NCBI GenBank assembly: GCA_000165345.1
Contig: CM000432.1
Location: forward strand, 96,001 to 160,000
DNA length: 64,000 bases
Reading direction: 5' to 3'
Positions 1-11,400 of this stretch are shown piece after piece. Below the pieces are notes generated by a model. That model had not been told where the DNA came from. It saw only the letters and a list, made by a program, of their open reading frames with translations, and searched no databases. Within the stretch, counting starts at the first letter, position 1. Each line of letters begins with the position of its first letter. The position numbers and the translations under genes were made by a program.

Positions 1-2
1 CA

Positions 3-257
3 TTTTCAATTCTTTGTATTACTTTTATTTTCCTTAAGATTTCAAAATTACTCATTAAGAAGCCAACTCGCTCTTTCATCACGCTTATTGGTGCTTCCTT
101 AATTCCAAATATAACAACTAAACTTTTAGTTTCTGTATTTGAAATTAACCAAAATTTGACTATTTTTATTCAATTCTTAATATGGGCTTTACTTGTCTAT
201 GAATTTGCTAATTATCTTGATAGCCCATGCGAAGATGCTGAGGACAAGAAAAAATAA
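3..257 (+). CDS. Partial CDS (3' end only): C-terminal hydrophobic segment of a membrane protein whose 5' part lies left of the window
   Basis: Frame 3 is open from position 3 to the TAA at 255-257 with no stop and no Met, so it is absent from the ORF track. It translates to ...FSILCITFIFLKISKLLIKKPTRSFITLIGASLIPNITTKLLVSVFEINQNLTIFIQFLIWALLVYEFANYLDSPCEDAEDKKK*, i.e. hydrophobic stretches ending in an acidic/basic tail. Confidence 0.3.
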   Translation, partial: FSILCITFIFLKISKLLIKKPTRSFITLIGASLIPNITTKLLVSVFEINQNLTIFIQFLIWALLVYEFANYLDSPCEDAEDKKK

Positions 258-311
258 TTTCTTATATTAACACTGCTTGACTATATACATATATTGAAAA
301 GAGAAAAAGGA

Positions 312-331
312 GAGAGAGAGAGAGAGAAAAT
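312..331. repeat. (GA)n dinucleotide microsatellite
   Basis: ggagagagagagagagagaa read directly. Confidence 0.8.
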
Positions 332-777
332 AAGTGAGGAAGAGCTTAGTAACAAAAATAGTGAACAAACTCAATTACATACTTTAATTTTTATCATTTT
401 CCTACTCTGCTTCTATCTTCTTACTCTATTGCATTATTTCCCCCCTGCATTACACTCCGGTACCGATATTTGGCGCCTAGTGCATTTAACATTTTGTGAG
501 GTGAAAATAGCAACTTAAAAGCAAAAAAGGTATGAAATAAATTGCATTTTACTTGTAATTTGACAATGGATAAATAATATTTTGAAATATTCGTGGGGGA
601 TTCTTTAATTAATTTTTTATTACAAAAATAACAAATAATATTGCAAAGAATCAAACAACTTTTATTCTCTTTAAATTAAAATTACTAGAAATACATAGAA
701 ATAGTAATCGAATTAAAAACTTAATTTAATGTTAATTAAGTGCAAAATCTATAACCTGAAAAGAACTGAATAATAAA

Positions 778-2277
778 ATGATTGAAAGTACAGAATTTTA
801 CACTGAAGTTATTCAAGGAATTGATACTAAACTTGCTGTAATAGCAGAAAATGAAACTATATTAACCGAGCAAGCTATACTACTAAGAAAAGAGTATGAA
901 GCTAGGAAGAAAGAAATTGACCGAATAATATCTGAGATTTGCGATGATCGAGTGAAAAAAATATATGAAAAGGTTGGGTCAATGATTACAACTCAAAGGA
1001 AGTTATGGAGTATTTTGGTCAACACAAAGATTTCTACTCAAGAACAAGAAGAAAATATATTAACAGAAAAAAAACAAATTAATGAATTAATTCTAAAGGA
1101 GCTTAACAATATTGAAAAAATGTATTGCGAGAATTCTGAATATATTAATAAAATAGAAGAAGATTGGAAAGATGTAAAAAAAGCATCTATTGATGGAGTT
1201 AAATTATCAAGAGAAATTGACTGGGATAGTATTCCTGAAGAAGAATTAGGAAAAAGATTAAGAGGAGGTGAAGTATTACATAGGGATGAATGGATACCTA
1301 CTCAAGATAATAATACTGGCCGTAAATTATCTCCTGCTGAATTTAAATCTCACTTAGAATTTGGAGAAATGATTCTTAAAGAAGGTAAAGATCAATTTGA
1401 AAAACAAGATTTTGAATTATCTTATACTAGATATACTCAAGGAGTAGAATTATTATGTTGGGTTAGAGGATCTGATCAAGAATCTGAAACACTTAGAATT
1501 GAAATGTATAAGAAATTTTTAAAGAATCAGGCATTATTAGCACTTAAACTTGGAAAATATAATGATTCTATACAATCATGTAATAAAGTCTTAAAAATTG
1601 ATGAATGTGATGAAAAATCTATCTTTAGAAGAGGAGAATGCTACATGATGTTGGGACGATTTGAAGAAGCAAAAAAAGACTTTAGATATATTTGTGAATT
1701 TGATTACTTTTCTAGAGATGCTAAATTACAATCTAGAAAGAAGCTTGTAGAAATGATGAAAAAATCCAAATCTAACAATTATGTTAATAAAACCATTATT
1801 AATAATTTGGATGGTTTAATGCAAAATAATAGACAAGAAGAAGATAAAAAAAAGGTTCAAATTCAAGATCATTATTCTCCTGCTATTCATCATTTTAGCT
1901 CTGATTATCAAGAAAATCAAACTCATTCTACTAGAAATGAAATTCAACCCCATTTTGATTTAGATACTACAAAAGACATTCTTGATGAGATGCTTTTTAA
2001 ATACTCATCTGAAGAGTTCGAAAAACAACTATTTGAACTTAGAAAGCTTTCAGATTACGATGAAAAGAGATTCTTAAGAAGGATTAGAAATGTTCTCCCA
2101 GGAATCAACACTCCAATCTACGAAAAATACGGTCTAGATCTACAATCTATGAGTTATGACAAAGCAAAACGTATTATAGAGGAAAGTGTATCGTATTGGA
2201 GAACTAAAGATGATCAAGTAAAGACATTATCTAAAGAGATTTATAAATATATCATGGGAGACACCATTGCTGAGTAA
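778..2277 (+). CDS. TPR-repeat protein with an FKBP52/Cyp40-type three-TPR (Hsp90-binding-like) module and an N-terminal coiled coil
   Basis: 499-aa ORF with ATG at 778. The central segment KSHLEFGEMILKEGKDQFEKQDFELSYTRYTQGVELL...KNQALLALKLGKYNDSIQSCNKVLKIDECDEKSIFRRGECYMMLGRFEEAKKDFRYI matches the KxxGNxxFK...A..Y / NLA.C.LKL / A...C..AL.LD..N.K.LFRRGEA pattern of TPR-clamp cochaperones. No PPIase domain is seen. Confidence 0.6.
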   Translation: MIESTEFYTEVIQGIDTKLAVIAENETILTEQAILLRKEYEARKKEIDRIISEICDDRVKKIYEKVGSMITTQRKLWSILVNTKISTQEQEENILTEKKQINELILKELNNIEKMYCENSEYINKIEEDWKDVKKASIDGVKLSREIDWDSIPEEELGKRLRGGEVLHRDEWIPTQDNNTGRKLSPAEFKSHLEFGEMILKEGKDQFEKQDFELSYTRYTQGVELLCWVRGSDQESETLRIEMYKKFLKNQALLALKLGKYNDSIQSCNKVLKIDECDEKSIFRRGECYMMLGRFEEAKKDFRYICEFDYFSRDAKLQSRKKLVEMMKKSKSNNYVNKTIINNLDGLMQNNRQEEDKKKVQIQDHYSPAIHHFSSDYQENQTHSTRNEIQPHFDLDTTKDILDEMLFKYSSEEFEKQLFELRKLSDYDEKRFLRRIRNVLPGINTPIYEKYGLDLQSMSYDKAKRIIEESVSYWRTKDDQVKTLSKEIYKYIMGDTIAE

Positions 2278-2626
2278 TCAAAAGAATCAGATATATCAAA
2301 TGAGGAAATTCTACATTTTTTTTTTGGAAAAAAATATATCCGATACCTTTTGATACCATATAATACTTTTTTAAAATTTTATCCATGAATTTATTATTCA
2401 AATTTAGAAATAATATCCTACTTAAATGGATAATATGTCATAAAGACACTAAAGTCTCTCTCATATTATATGGAAGTCAGTAGGTGAATCATTAATTACA
2501 ACAATTCCTTTATTATATGTCCAATGCCATCATTCCAAGTTATTACTTTCCTTAAACTAAGAATTTTGTAAATTGGACAATACAATTTTTCTCTTCAAAT
2601 GATTAATTCATTAAATATATAATTCC

Positions 2627-2745
2627 ATTCAGAAAGTTAATGAACTCAGATAATGGCAAAATAAGTATCAACACTGGATTTACAATAATTTCAGAAGCCA
2701 AGCGTTAATTGGAAGTTTATCATCATAGTAATTAACTTTCTGAAT
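2627..2745. repeat. 15-nt perfect inverted repeat (ATTCAGAAAGTTAAT ... 89 nt ... ATTAACTTTCTGAAT) in the convergent 3' intergenic region
   Basis: The arms at 2627-2641 and 2731-2745 are exact reverse complements. Both are followed by a TGAACTC word. Confidence 0.5.
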
Positions 2746-2929
2746 TATGAGATTTGAACTCCATAATAATTTGTATTCACTTTCCAAAAAAAAAAGAAAT
2801 AGTTTACATTTAGGATTGATAATTTAAAAATATAACTAATAATTTACTTGATGTCAAAGTGTAATGTACTTATGTATATATATATATAAATATATATAAA
2901 GTTAATTAATATTAATTAATTCTTTATAT

Positions 2930-4087
2930 TTATTCCAATAAAATATCCAAAGATCCTGTCTCATCCATAATAGTTTGTAATCCAACAATACAAGATTCTG
3001 CTACAATAATATCGAGATCATTGGAGTACTTTAAAAGTGTTTCAATGGATAATTTTCTAACTCTATCTAATTCTTTCTTTGTACATAATTTATCCATTTT
3101 CTCCAAATTCTCACTGCATCTAGGATCATTAGAACCAACAGATCCAAGTGCAAAAGCTGCTTCATGTCTAACCATTGATTCCTCTGATTGATTTGATAAA
3201 ACTCTAGAAAGTGTATCAGCAGTTGAAATTACTTGGATTTGACCCAAAACAAATGCACATTCATGCCTAAATACTGCCGAAGATTTATCAATTTCCATAG
3301 CTTTAGCAATTTCTCCTGCGATAAAATGAACCTTATCATTGTCAATTTGCTGATCATACTGATCACTAAGGCTTTTTCTTTGATTTGAATCAATGATACC
3401 TGTTAAAATGTTTCTTAAAGCAAATAAAGCAGCATATCTCTTTTCCAATTGAAGGTCTTCATTTAAAAGATCGGAAGCTAATGATTCTATATGAGAAACT
3501 TCACATGAAGATTTTGGTGGAGTTGGATCTCTTGTATTAAAAGCATTAATATTTGATATATTTGTATCTATGTCTTGCTTATTACTTTCCTTCAATCTCT
3601 TTTCTCTTTTAAGTCTAAGAGAGTGAGCAGCTAAATAACATGTCTCTCTCACAGCTGGAGAATTATCGTTTAAGTACTTCTCTACAATCTCCAAACTTTC
3701 ATCGTCTCCAATAGCTGCAATAGCCTCTCCAGCTTCGTGTCTAACCATAGGATGCTCGGTCTCATCAGCCAAAATTTCATAAAGACGGGTTAATGGGCTT
3801 TTCAAACCCATTTGTCCAAGAACATAAAGGACTTCATGACGAAATAATACGCTTTCTGAATAATCCAATGACTTTGATAACATCTCTGCCGATTCCTCGT
3901 CTCCATGAAACCTTCCAAAAAATAAGCATCTAATTTTACTTGAAATATCAGTATCATGACTTAATAATAATTCCCTTATTTTTTCCTTTGAGTATATATT
4001 AAAGGATGAAAATTCCCCTCCGCCTAAAGGCTTTACAGGGCATCCTGGTAGCATTGCCTTGGGAGTGATTTCATTTATAACTACCAT
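2930..4087 (-). CDS. DOHH: Deoxyhypusine hydroxylase (HEAT-repeat metalloenzyme with paired His-Glu motifs)
   Basis: 385-aa ORF with ATG confirmed at 4085-4087. It has four HE-containing HEAT hairpins typical of DOHH: FRHEVLYVLGQMG, VRHEAGEAIAAIGD, FRHECAFVLGQIQ and VRHEAAFALGSVG. These are arranged as two dyad halves separated by a low-complexity insert. Confidence 0.85.
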   Translation of the reverse strand: MVVINEITPKAMLPGCPVKPLGGGEFSSFNIYSKEKIRELLLSHDTDISSKIRCLFFGRFHGDEESAEMLSKSLDYSESVLFRHEVLYVLGQMGLKSPLTRLYEILADETEHPMVRHEAGEAIAAIGDDESLEIVEKYLNDNSPAVRETCYLAAHSLRLKREKRLKESNKQDIDTNISNINAFNTRDPTPPKSSCEVSHIESLASDLLNEDLQLEKRYAALFALRNILTGIIDSNQRKSLSDQYDQQIDNDKVHFIAGEIAKAMEIDKSSAVFRHECAFVLGQIQVISTADTLSRVLSNQSEESMVRHEAAFALGSVGSNDPRCSENLEKMDKLCTKKELDRVRKLSIETLLKYSNDLDIIVAESCIVGLQTIMDETGSLDILLE

Positions 4088-4263
4088 CTCTTCTAGTCAG
4101 TAAATAGTGACAAGGGTTGATGAAAAAAAGACTTTAAGTAGATTATCACTTTAAAGTATATATTTTGATTCCAAAAAAACAGTCAATTAAAATTTTCTTC
4201 GAGATATTTTACATTTTCATTTTTGACATTAAACTTTGTCAATGGATACCCAATAAAAAATTA

Positions 4264-4288
4264 CACGTGGCGCCGTTTCTTGGCGCCA
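4264..4288. promoter_or_regulatory. E-box CACGTG overlapping GGCGCC plus a second TGGCGCCA box in the divergent DOHH/GDT1 promoter
   Basis: The sequence reads caCGTGGCGCCgtttctTGGCGCCAcc. GGCGCC(A) is the E2F-like upstream motif known to be over-represented in Cryptosporidium 5' regions. Confidence 0.45.
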
Positions 4289-4625
4289 CCACTGTGTTTT
4301 TTTTTTATGAAGCCACTCATTAAGTAAAACGGAGATTTTTGTCATCCATAATTCTGGTAAATCAAATTACTGATACTTGGTTAAAAAGAGAGATTTTTTA
4401 GTATAATTAGGCAAGGAAACTTATGATATTTGTGATAACTTGAAACTGTGATAGTTTTTCTTTGAGTTGTATGGCTAATTTATAATTGAGAATTTGATAA
4501 AAAAGAATTTGTAAGATTAAAAGTTGACTTCAAAGTGAATTTGAGTGTTTAGCCTTGTTATATATTGATTAATAACCAAATAAAATTAATTGCCACTTAC
4601 TAAAAGTAAAAATTCTTTGAAAAAA

Positions 4626-5411
4626 ATGGCAAATATAATTAAATCATTTTGGATGTCACTAAGTTCGATATTCCTATCGGAACTAGGGGACAAAACTTTC
4701 TTTATATCAGCAATCTTATCAATGAATAATTCTGCATGGATAATCTTTGCTGGGAGTATGTTTGCATTAGCTGGAATGACCTTATTTGCATGCTTGATAG
4801 GATTTATTTTACCAAATCTATTCACTCCAAAATATACTCATTATGCATCTTGTGTACTATTTTTCATATTTGGACTAAAGAGTCTTTATGAAGGATTGTT
4901 TTTAATTGAGAGTGGAAATGCAAACAATGAATTTTTGGAGGTAAAAGCTGAGTTAGATAAATCCAGAAAAAAAATGAGTTCAATAACCATAGATAATAAA
5001 TTAGAAGCTCTTGATACTGGAAATATGTTATTTAAAGATGTTGAGCTTTGTAATACCAGAAACAATGAAGAAGATTTAAATGTATCAAGTAGTAAGATCT
5101 GTATGGATGAATGTATCAAGCATAGAGGACTCTTCCGTATAATAAAAAACAAATCCTTTATTCAAGCATTTACTCTTACTGCTTTAGCTGAATGGGGAGA
5201 CAGATCTCAAATTGCTACAATACTCTTATCAGCTTACAATGATCCATTTTCAGTATTTTTTGGATCAATTATTGGACACTCAATTTGTACAGGCTTGGCT
5301 TGTTACGGTGGTAAATATCTAAGTAAATTTATTTCCCCTAGGATGGTTACAATTTCTGGAGGAATCTTATTTTTTGCATTTGCTATTGGGGGAATTGTAA
5401 TGGGGCCATAA
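4626..5411 (+). CDS. GDT1/TMEM165 (UPF0016) family cation (Ca2+/Mn2+):H+ antiporter-like membrane protein
   Basis: The protein has two copies of the family signature E-x-G-D-(K/R)-(T/S): ELGDKTF and EWGDRSQ. Each lies at the start of a block of hydrophobic helices, with an acidic central loop between them. The ORF-track start at 4590 is TTG; the first ATG (MANIIKSFW...) is at 4626. Confidence 0.8.
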   Translation: MANIIKSFWMSLSSIFLSELGDKTFFISAILSMNNSAWIIFAGSMFALAGMTLFACLIGFILPNLFTPKYTHYASCVLFFIFGLKSLYEGLFLIESGNANNEFLEVKAELDKSRKKMSSITIDNKLEALDTGNMLFKDVELCNTRNNEEDLNVSSSKICMDECIKHRGLFRIIKNKSFIQAFTLTALAEWGDRSQIATILLSAYNDPFSVFFGSIIGHSICTGLACYGGKYLSKFISPRMVTISGGILFFAFAIGGIVMGP

Positions 5412-5523
5412 TTTAATTTATTATATACTGAAAATAAATTTTTTTTTTTACTTTGTTTTGTTTACCCCCAAGTTATTTTCCTTAATATTTAGGTTATTTT
5501 AGAAAATGTTCCCTAGTGAAAAA

Positions 5524-7743
5524 TCAATTTTCTGGAATAATTTCCTTGAGAACTACACCAATTTCTATTGAAAATGTTTCAATCATCTCGCTTGGAGCTT
5601 GCATTATATATAATGCTCGTGGATCTTCCATATTTATGGGGGATTCCAAATATGTTAACTTCAAATTGTTTGTAGAAGCTGGGTTAGACGAGCCGTTGAG
5701 TCCAGAACAATAATTAAATCCAGCATTCCCCTGTTTAAACATTGCAACTTCAAGCCCAATATTTTGGCCAAGAGTTAAATCTTGAAGAGGTGAAATGTTG
5801 AATAATGGTCCACCAACATCTCCTTTTGCTAATACTAACTGGCTCCACTTTCCTGAAACAGGAATTACTAGCCCAAGCCTAACAATATCATTTATCTGCT
5901 CAAGTATAGGTACTGATAATTCTATCCCTTGTTTGCCAGTAATGTGCAAAGCAATACAATCAGCTATTGCAATCCAACGAATTAATGAAAATGCTTCCTT
6001 GTTTCTAGATTTAACTTTTTCCGAACTTTGTTTATTAATTTTTCTTCTACCTCTTTTTGATTTGAGTTTTGAAGATACCAAATTATGAAAAAGTGTTTTG
6101 TCATCCTTCTTTGAAACCTTTGAAGCAACATATGCAGAAACAAGTAGTAATTTAGTGAAATAAGGCATATTGATTTGAGAAACATTTTTCAAGAATTCAT
6201 AGTTTAATATCCCATTAGTATTAATATTACTTGAGATTAAATCTCCTTGAAATAACTCTGGTAAAAAGTGAGAATATATATTCTTTGTTAAAGTACCATA
6301 ATGCCTTTTAAACCTATTTAATAATGTTTGTACAATAGAATACACTTCATCTTCATAGTTTTCATTGATTGTGAAGAATAATTCACCAGAAACAAGTGGA
6401 AGTAAGAATACTGGCCATAAACATTGAACTTTAAAGATAATTTCTCTAAAATCTGATCTTAAATATGGATGTAAAATAGTGATAATTTCTGCGATAAATT
6501 CTGTCCATATTGAGTAAAGTATATCAATTGGGATAAAGCTTTGTTTATTTGTATCATCTTTTAATAAATTTAGTTTTATCCCATTTGAATTTGTATCAGT
6601 TTTGGGAATGAAATCTACTGAGCCCTTAATATATGAATTTAGTAGTGTATTTACTAAAAATGATTGCGAACTTTTTCTGTCATAAACTTTTAATATTTCA
6701 TAATTTAGATCTATATTTTTGATATCAGTATTTAATCTTAAATTTGCCATAATGTCAAAACTTTGTATATCATCATAATTTGAAAACCATATTACTGGAA
6801 AAGGAGAGTGAGAACAGAAAAAATCTTCTGGAATTCCATAATTATCTATAAATATCAAAGAAAAATTTATATTTATTATAAATTTTTCTTTTTTAGCTGG
6901 AAGTATTAATACATCTCTCAAATGTTCATGTAATTTTATTAGTGTTAATAGTAAGTCTGGCCTATTTTTTGAAATAGTTGTTACATCTTTTACAATCAAA
7001 AAAATACTTCTCGATTTCACCTTATCAACTTCTTCAATCTCTCCATCATATGTACTTCCTCCACTATTTAAATCATCATCTAGGTCACTATCCCCCTTAC
7101 TGTTATGCTTTTGCAAATACTCAGTATATTCTTTTTTAATTAATCTTAATTCGTCTATAAATTCAATAATATTGTTCGCTGATGAAGAGCTCTCTAATTC
7201 GCTCTCAAACAAACCAATTCTGGATCTTCTTTTTTTACTATTAAAAATCCCTTTTTTAATTAATTTCTTTCTAATTTGTTCGACTGGCCTTACAAATAAG
7301 TTTTCGATAGAAATTTTATTAATACATCCTCCTTTTGAATTACATAACCACTTTGTGTAAGCTCCATTCATATACCCAAAAATAGAGTCATTTTTTTTAA
7401 GCATATCCTTTACAAGTGAATATTTTCCTGTTCCTGGCATTCCTATAACTTGTAAATATGGAATTGAATTAGTATTACTTCCTATTGTATTTGCCAGTTG
7501 GAAAATTTCTTGAAATCTTGAATTTCCATATTTTCTACATAATGAATGTATTGTGGGCTGAATTTCTTCTGGATAATATTTGAGTAAATCTTGAATCAAT
7601 TGTTCACTTGCATCAATATTTCCTAAATCTTCTTTACTTGACTCTATACTATGTATTCTACGAATATTTCCCGTAAATTCATTTTCATTATTTTCATAAT
7701 CAGTTTCAACTTGGCTTGTTCGCTTCCTTTTTTCACCACCCAT
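5524..7743 (-). CDS. P-loop NTPase-like protein with a deviant Walker A (GMPGTGKYS); possibly an origin-recognition-complex subunit (ORC5-like)
   Basis: 739-aa ORF with ATG confirmed. The N-terminal LQVIGMPGTGKYSLVKDMLKK is followed by a long alpha-helical body. It is divergently paired with XPG. The family assignment is only a guess from the Walker A context and the size. Confidence 0.35.
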   Translation of the reverse strand: MGGEKRKRTSQVETDYENNENEFTGNIRRIHSIESSKEDLGNIDASEQLIQDLLKYYPEEIQPTIHSLCRKYGNSRFQEIFQLANTIGSNTNSIPYLQVIGMPGTGKYSLVKDMLKKNDSIFGYMNGAYTKWLCNSKGGCINKISIENLFVRPVEQIRKKLIKKGIFNSKKRRSRIGLFESELESSSSANNIIEFIDELRLIKKEYTEYLQKHNSKGDSDLDDDLNSGGSTYDGEIEEVDKVKSRSIFLIVKDVTTISKNRPDLLLTLIKLHEHLRDVLILPAKKEKFIININFSLIFIDNYGIPEDFFCSHSPFPVIWFSNYDDIQSFDIMANLRLNTDIKNIDLNYEILKVYDRKSSQSFLVNTLLNSYIKGSVDFIPKTDTNSNGIKLNLLKDDTNKQSFIPIDILYSIWTEFIAEIITILHPYLRSDFREIIFKVQCLWPVFLLPLVSGELFFTINENYEDEVYSIVQTLLNRFKRHYGTLTKNIYSHFLPELFQGDLISSNINTNGILNYEFLKNVSQINMPYFTKLLLVSAYVASKVSKKDDKTLFHNLVSSKLKSKRGRRKINKQSSEKVKSRNKEAFSLIRWIAIADCIALHITGKQGIELSVPILEQINDIVRLGLVIPVSGKWSQLVLAKGDVGGPLFNISPLQDLTLGQNIGLEVAMFKQGNAGFNYCSGLNGSSNPASTNNLKLTYLESPINMEDPRALYIMQAPSEMIETFSIEIGVVLKEIIPEN

Positions 7744-8415
7744 TTCTACGTTATCAATATATAAATATTGTTAAATAAATATATATTTATATATTTATTT
7801 ATATAAATTTTCATGCTTTTCAAAATTATTTTATTTTTTCCGCTAACTTTCCCCCGAAATAACTTTCCGCTTAATTAATATATTTTTATTTTACATTTGA
7901 TAAATCTTAAATATTAAAAAAAAGAGTTTGAATAGTTTGCCTAATTAGAAATTACAACAAAACTCTATTATATCTTTGTCCTTAACTTTTTATTATTTAT
8001 CTGTTCACCATTTTCTTCTTTCTTATGAAATATCTTTAAAAATTCATATTTATTATATTTATATTTGTAAATATACTTTTCTTTTTTTTAAAAAAAAAAA
8101 AAGTCATTCTTAAAATTGTAATGCAACTTTAACTTCATGTGGATGAGCACCGGTATATGATTTTTTTTTTCAACAAAATGTAAAAATGTTAGAGCATGTC
8201 AAAATTAGTCATTTAGGCGGTAATAATTTTGTCATTTGGACAAAAGAATCCAATAATAAAAAAAGTCAAATAATAATTACAATTAATTGATAAATAAATA
8301 AATATGAAGAATGAAACAACAAAAGTTTATTGATTAAGTTTATTAAGTTGATTTGAGTAAAATTGTTTGAAAATATTCTTAAGAAGCTGATAATTTTGCA
8401 AGTTTAATAAACAAA

Positions 8416-11400
8416 ATGGGGGTTAAAGGTTTGTGGGACATTGTTGCTCCATCTGGAATAAGAGTTAAGCCAGAAACTTTAGAGGGACAAATATTGGCTA
8501 TAGATGCAAGTATTTGGCTAAAGCAATTTTTGATGGGATTAAAGGACAAAGAAGGAAAAATACCTCAAGGTGCGCATTTATTGGGTTTTTTTAAGAGACT
8601 ATGTAAACTATTATACTATGGTATATTACCAGTAATAGTTTTTGATGGAACTCCTCCAGATATTAAGAAGAGAACTTTGGAGTTAAGAAGAATGCAACGA
8701 GAAATGTCAGAAATTAATATGAGAAGAGTAGCAAATAAATTATTATTAAATACAATAAGACTAAGAGTTGCTAAAAAGGTTAAAGATAAGGTAAGAAAGA
8801 GGAAAGATAAAAAGCTCTCAGATGAAGAATATAAAAACCAAATTGATAATGGTGAGAGTGAGGAAGAAAAAGAAGAAGAACAAGTACAAGAACAAGAGGA
8901 AAGTGAGAGCGAGGAAATTAATCAATCAGCTACAATAAATGATAAAAATAAAGTTGAATACAAGAGTAAAAGAAAAGCTCACCATTCAATTCAAGAAAAA
9001 ATTAGTTTAACTCCCAAATTATTTTCTTCAGAAGATGAGAATAATATTACTGATGATGATGAAGATGTATATAATAGACCAAATCGTAAATTTAAGAAAT
9101 ATGGAAGATACCAACAAGTTCATCACTTAATCAATGAAACAGAAGAAAATTCAGAAGCACCAACAAGTTATTTTCCAGTAATGGGATTTTTGAGTGAGAG
9201 AAGAAGATTAGATGAAATGCCTGAAATAGATACAAATTTATTTTCAATGCCAATTCAAATTAGCTCAAGTCAAAAAATAGCTTCAAAAAAAATGACCAAA
9301 ATTGAAGATTTAAATGCATTTCTCAGAGCAACTGAATCAAGCAATGATGAAAGAAGATTAATGGATCTACCATTAGATACAGAAATAGATCCACAAGTAT
9401 TTGAGCAATTAAACTCAAAACTTCAATATGAAATTTTGATCCAACTTAGAGATGCTTGGATTAATGCATTAAGAAGTAATGCTGTTGATACTAAAGATAA
9501 TATGAGTCAGTTTAGTAATTCTCAGATTGAGTGTTATTTGAGATATTTGAGAATTAATCAAGAAATAGAGAGATTAAAGGTGAGAATGGCTAAAGAATGT
9601 GAAGAAGAGCAAATGGAATCAGTTAATGAAGAAATTAAAGTTGTTGAATATGGTCAAATTTATGATCCTGACAATAATGATTTTAATAATAATATTCAAG
9701 ATTGTTCATCTTCTAGTATATTTGAAGATCAAAGTAAAGAAACTATCAATGAAGAATTTAATATTGATCTTAATATAGATGATTCTACATTTACTGGTAA
9801 AATTATTAACTTTTCAAAGAAAATTGGTATGGATAATAAAGATATTGATACATTTAATCGTAATGATACATTATTAAGTAGTGATACATTATCAATGAAA
9901 GGATATCATAATTTATCTAAAATTACAAAAAAAGAAAGAATTAAATTTCTTCAAAGTACTGATTACACAAAAAATGATAATATTGTATCCAATCCACTAA
10001 ATACTCCATTATTTGAACTTGAGAAACTTTTGAATAACGAAAATATACAAGAAAGTCAAATTCAAAATAAAGTAAACAATACCTTTAATGATATTAATGA
10101 TATTGAAAGACTTGAATTATTAAAAGAAAATGTGGATGAATTGTTTAAAATTAATGAACCAATTCAAAAATTTGAAGAAAAAGATGATGGATTTATTGTA
10201 GATATTGAGAATCGAGTTTATCAAAATGAAGATGATAAAGAAGTGAATAAGAAAGATGATTTTGGTAATGAAGGTTTTGATGATAGTTGTGATGATGATG
10301 ATGATGATGATTGGCAAGACATTGAATGGGAAAGTGCTAACACAATTCTTACTAAACCACAAGAAAATAATTTTGATTCTTTACAAGTTATTAAAAGTAT
10401 TATTCTTTCTAATGATTTAGTTTCCAATATTGAGCCAAAACTCGATAGTATTTTGGGATTAGAAAAGATTGAAGAAAATGATGAATCAAAACAAGAACAA
10501 GTTATTTTAATCGACTCTGAGGAAATTAAAGAACAAAAAAATGATATATATTTGATTGAAGATTCAGGCAAACATGAAGATGGCTTTAAAAAAACGGAAG
10601 TTGGTCAATTCGAAGGTCAAATACAAGATTTGGAACCAGAAAAAGAACAGGAACAAGAGCACCAATCAGAACAGGAACCAGAACAAGAACCAGAACAAGA
10701 ACTAGAACATGAACCTGACCAAGATCAAGATCAAGAACAAAAACCAGAACAAGAACCCGAGCGCCAACCAGAACTTGAGCAAGAACCAGAACCTGATCAA
10801 AAACAAGAACACCAACCAGAACCCGACCTAGAACCAGAACTATTAGACTATTCCTATTTGGAGGATATTAAAGAAATCATCCAAAAGGAAGATGAACAAA
10901 TCATGGACATGAACCTTTTTAGTGACCATTATGCAATATATGACAAAAATTTGGATGAAATTCTTTTTGAATTGGAAAAAGAACAAGAAGAATTAAGCTT
11001 AGAATTTACTAAGCATGATATCATTTTGAATTCTGAAATAACAAAAGAAATGCAATATCAAATATGTCTGCTTTTAAAAGCTCTTGGAATTCCTTGGATT
11101 GATTCACCAGGTGAAGCAGAAGCTCAAGCTTCTATTTTAACTCAATTAAATATTTGTCATGGTGTATTATCTGATGATTCTGATTGCTTAATTTTCGGAG
11201 CAAAAAAAATCTTTCGTAATTTCTTTTCTGGAAATAGTGTTGAAATGTATGATCTAAATCAAGTTAAAAAGTATCTTGGAATTGAAAAACAAGAACAATT
11301 CTATATTCTAGCAATCTTACTTGGTTGTGATTATACTGTTGGAGTTAATGGAATTGGACCAGTTAATGCTGTTGAAGTACTTAAAGCATATCCTGAACTT

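Noticed and set aside
294-654. Short ORFs 294-518 (+) and 421-654 (-) near the left edge
   Set aside because: They overlap each other and the (GA)n microsatellite, have no recognisable motif and lie in a likely 3' UTR/intergenic region.
10120-10571. Minus-strand ORFs 10120-10362 and 10221-10571 inside XPG
   Set aside because: These are antisense readings of the poly-D/acidic spacer (ATCATC...) and are not genes.
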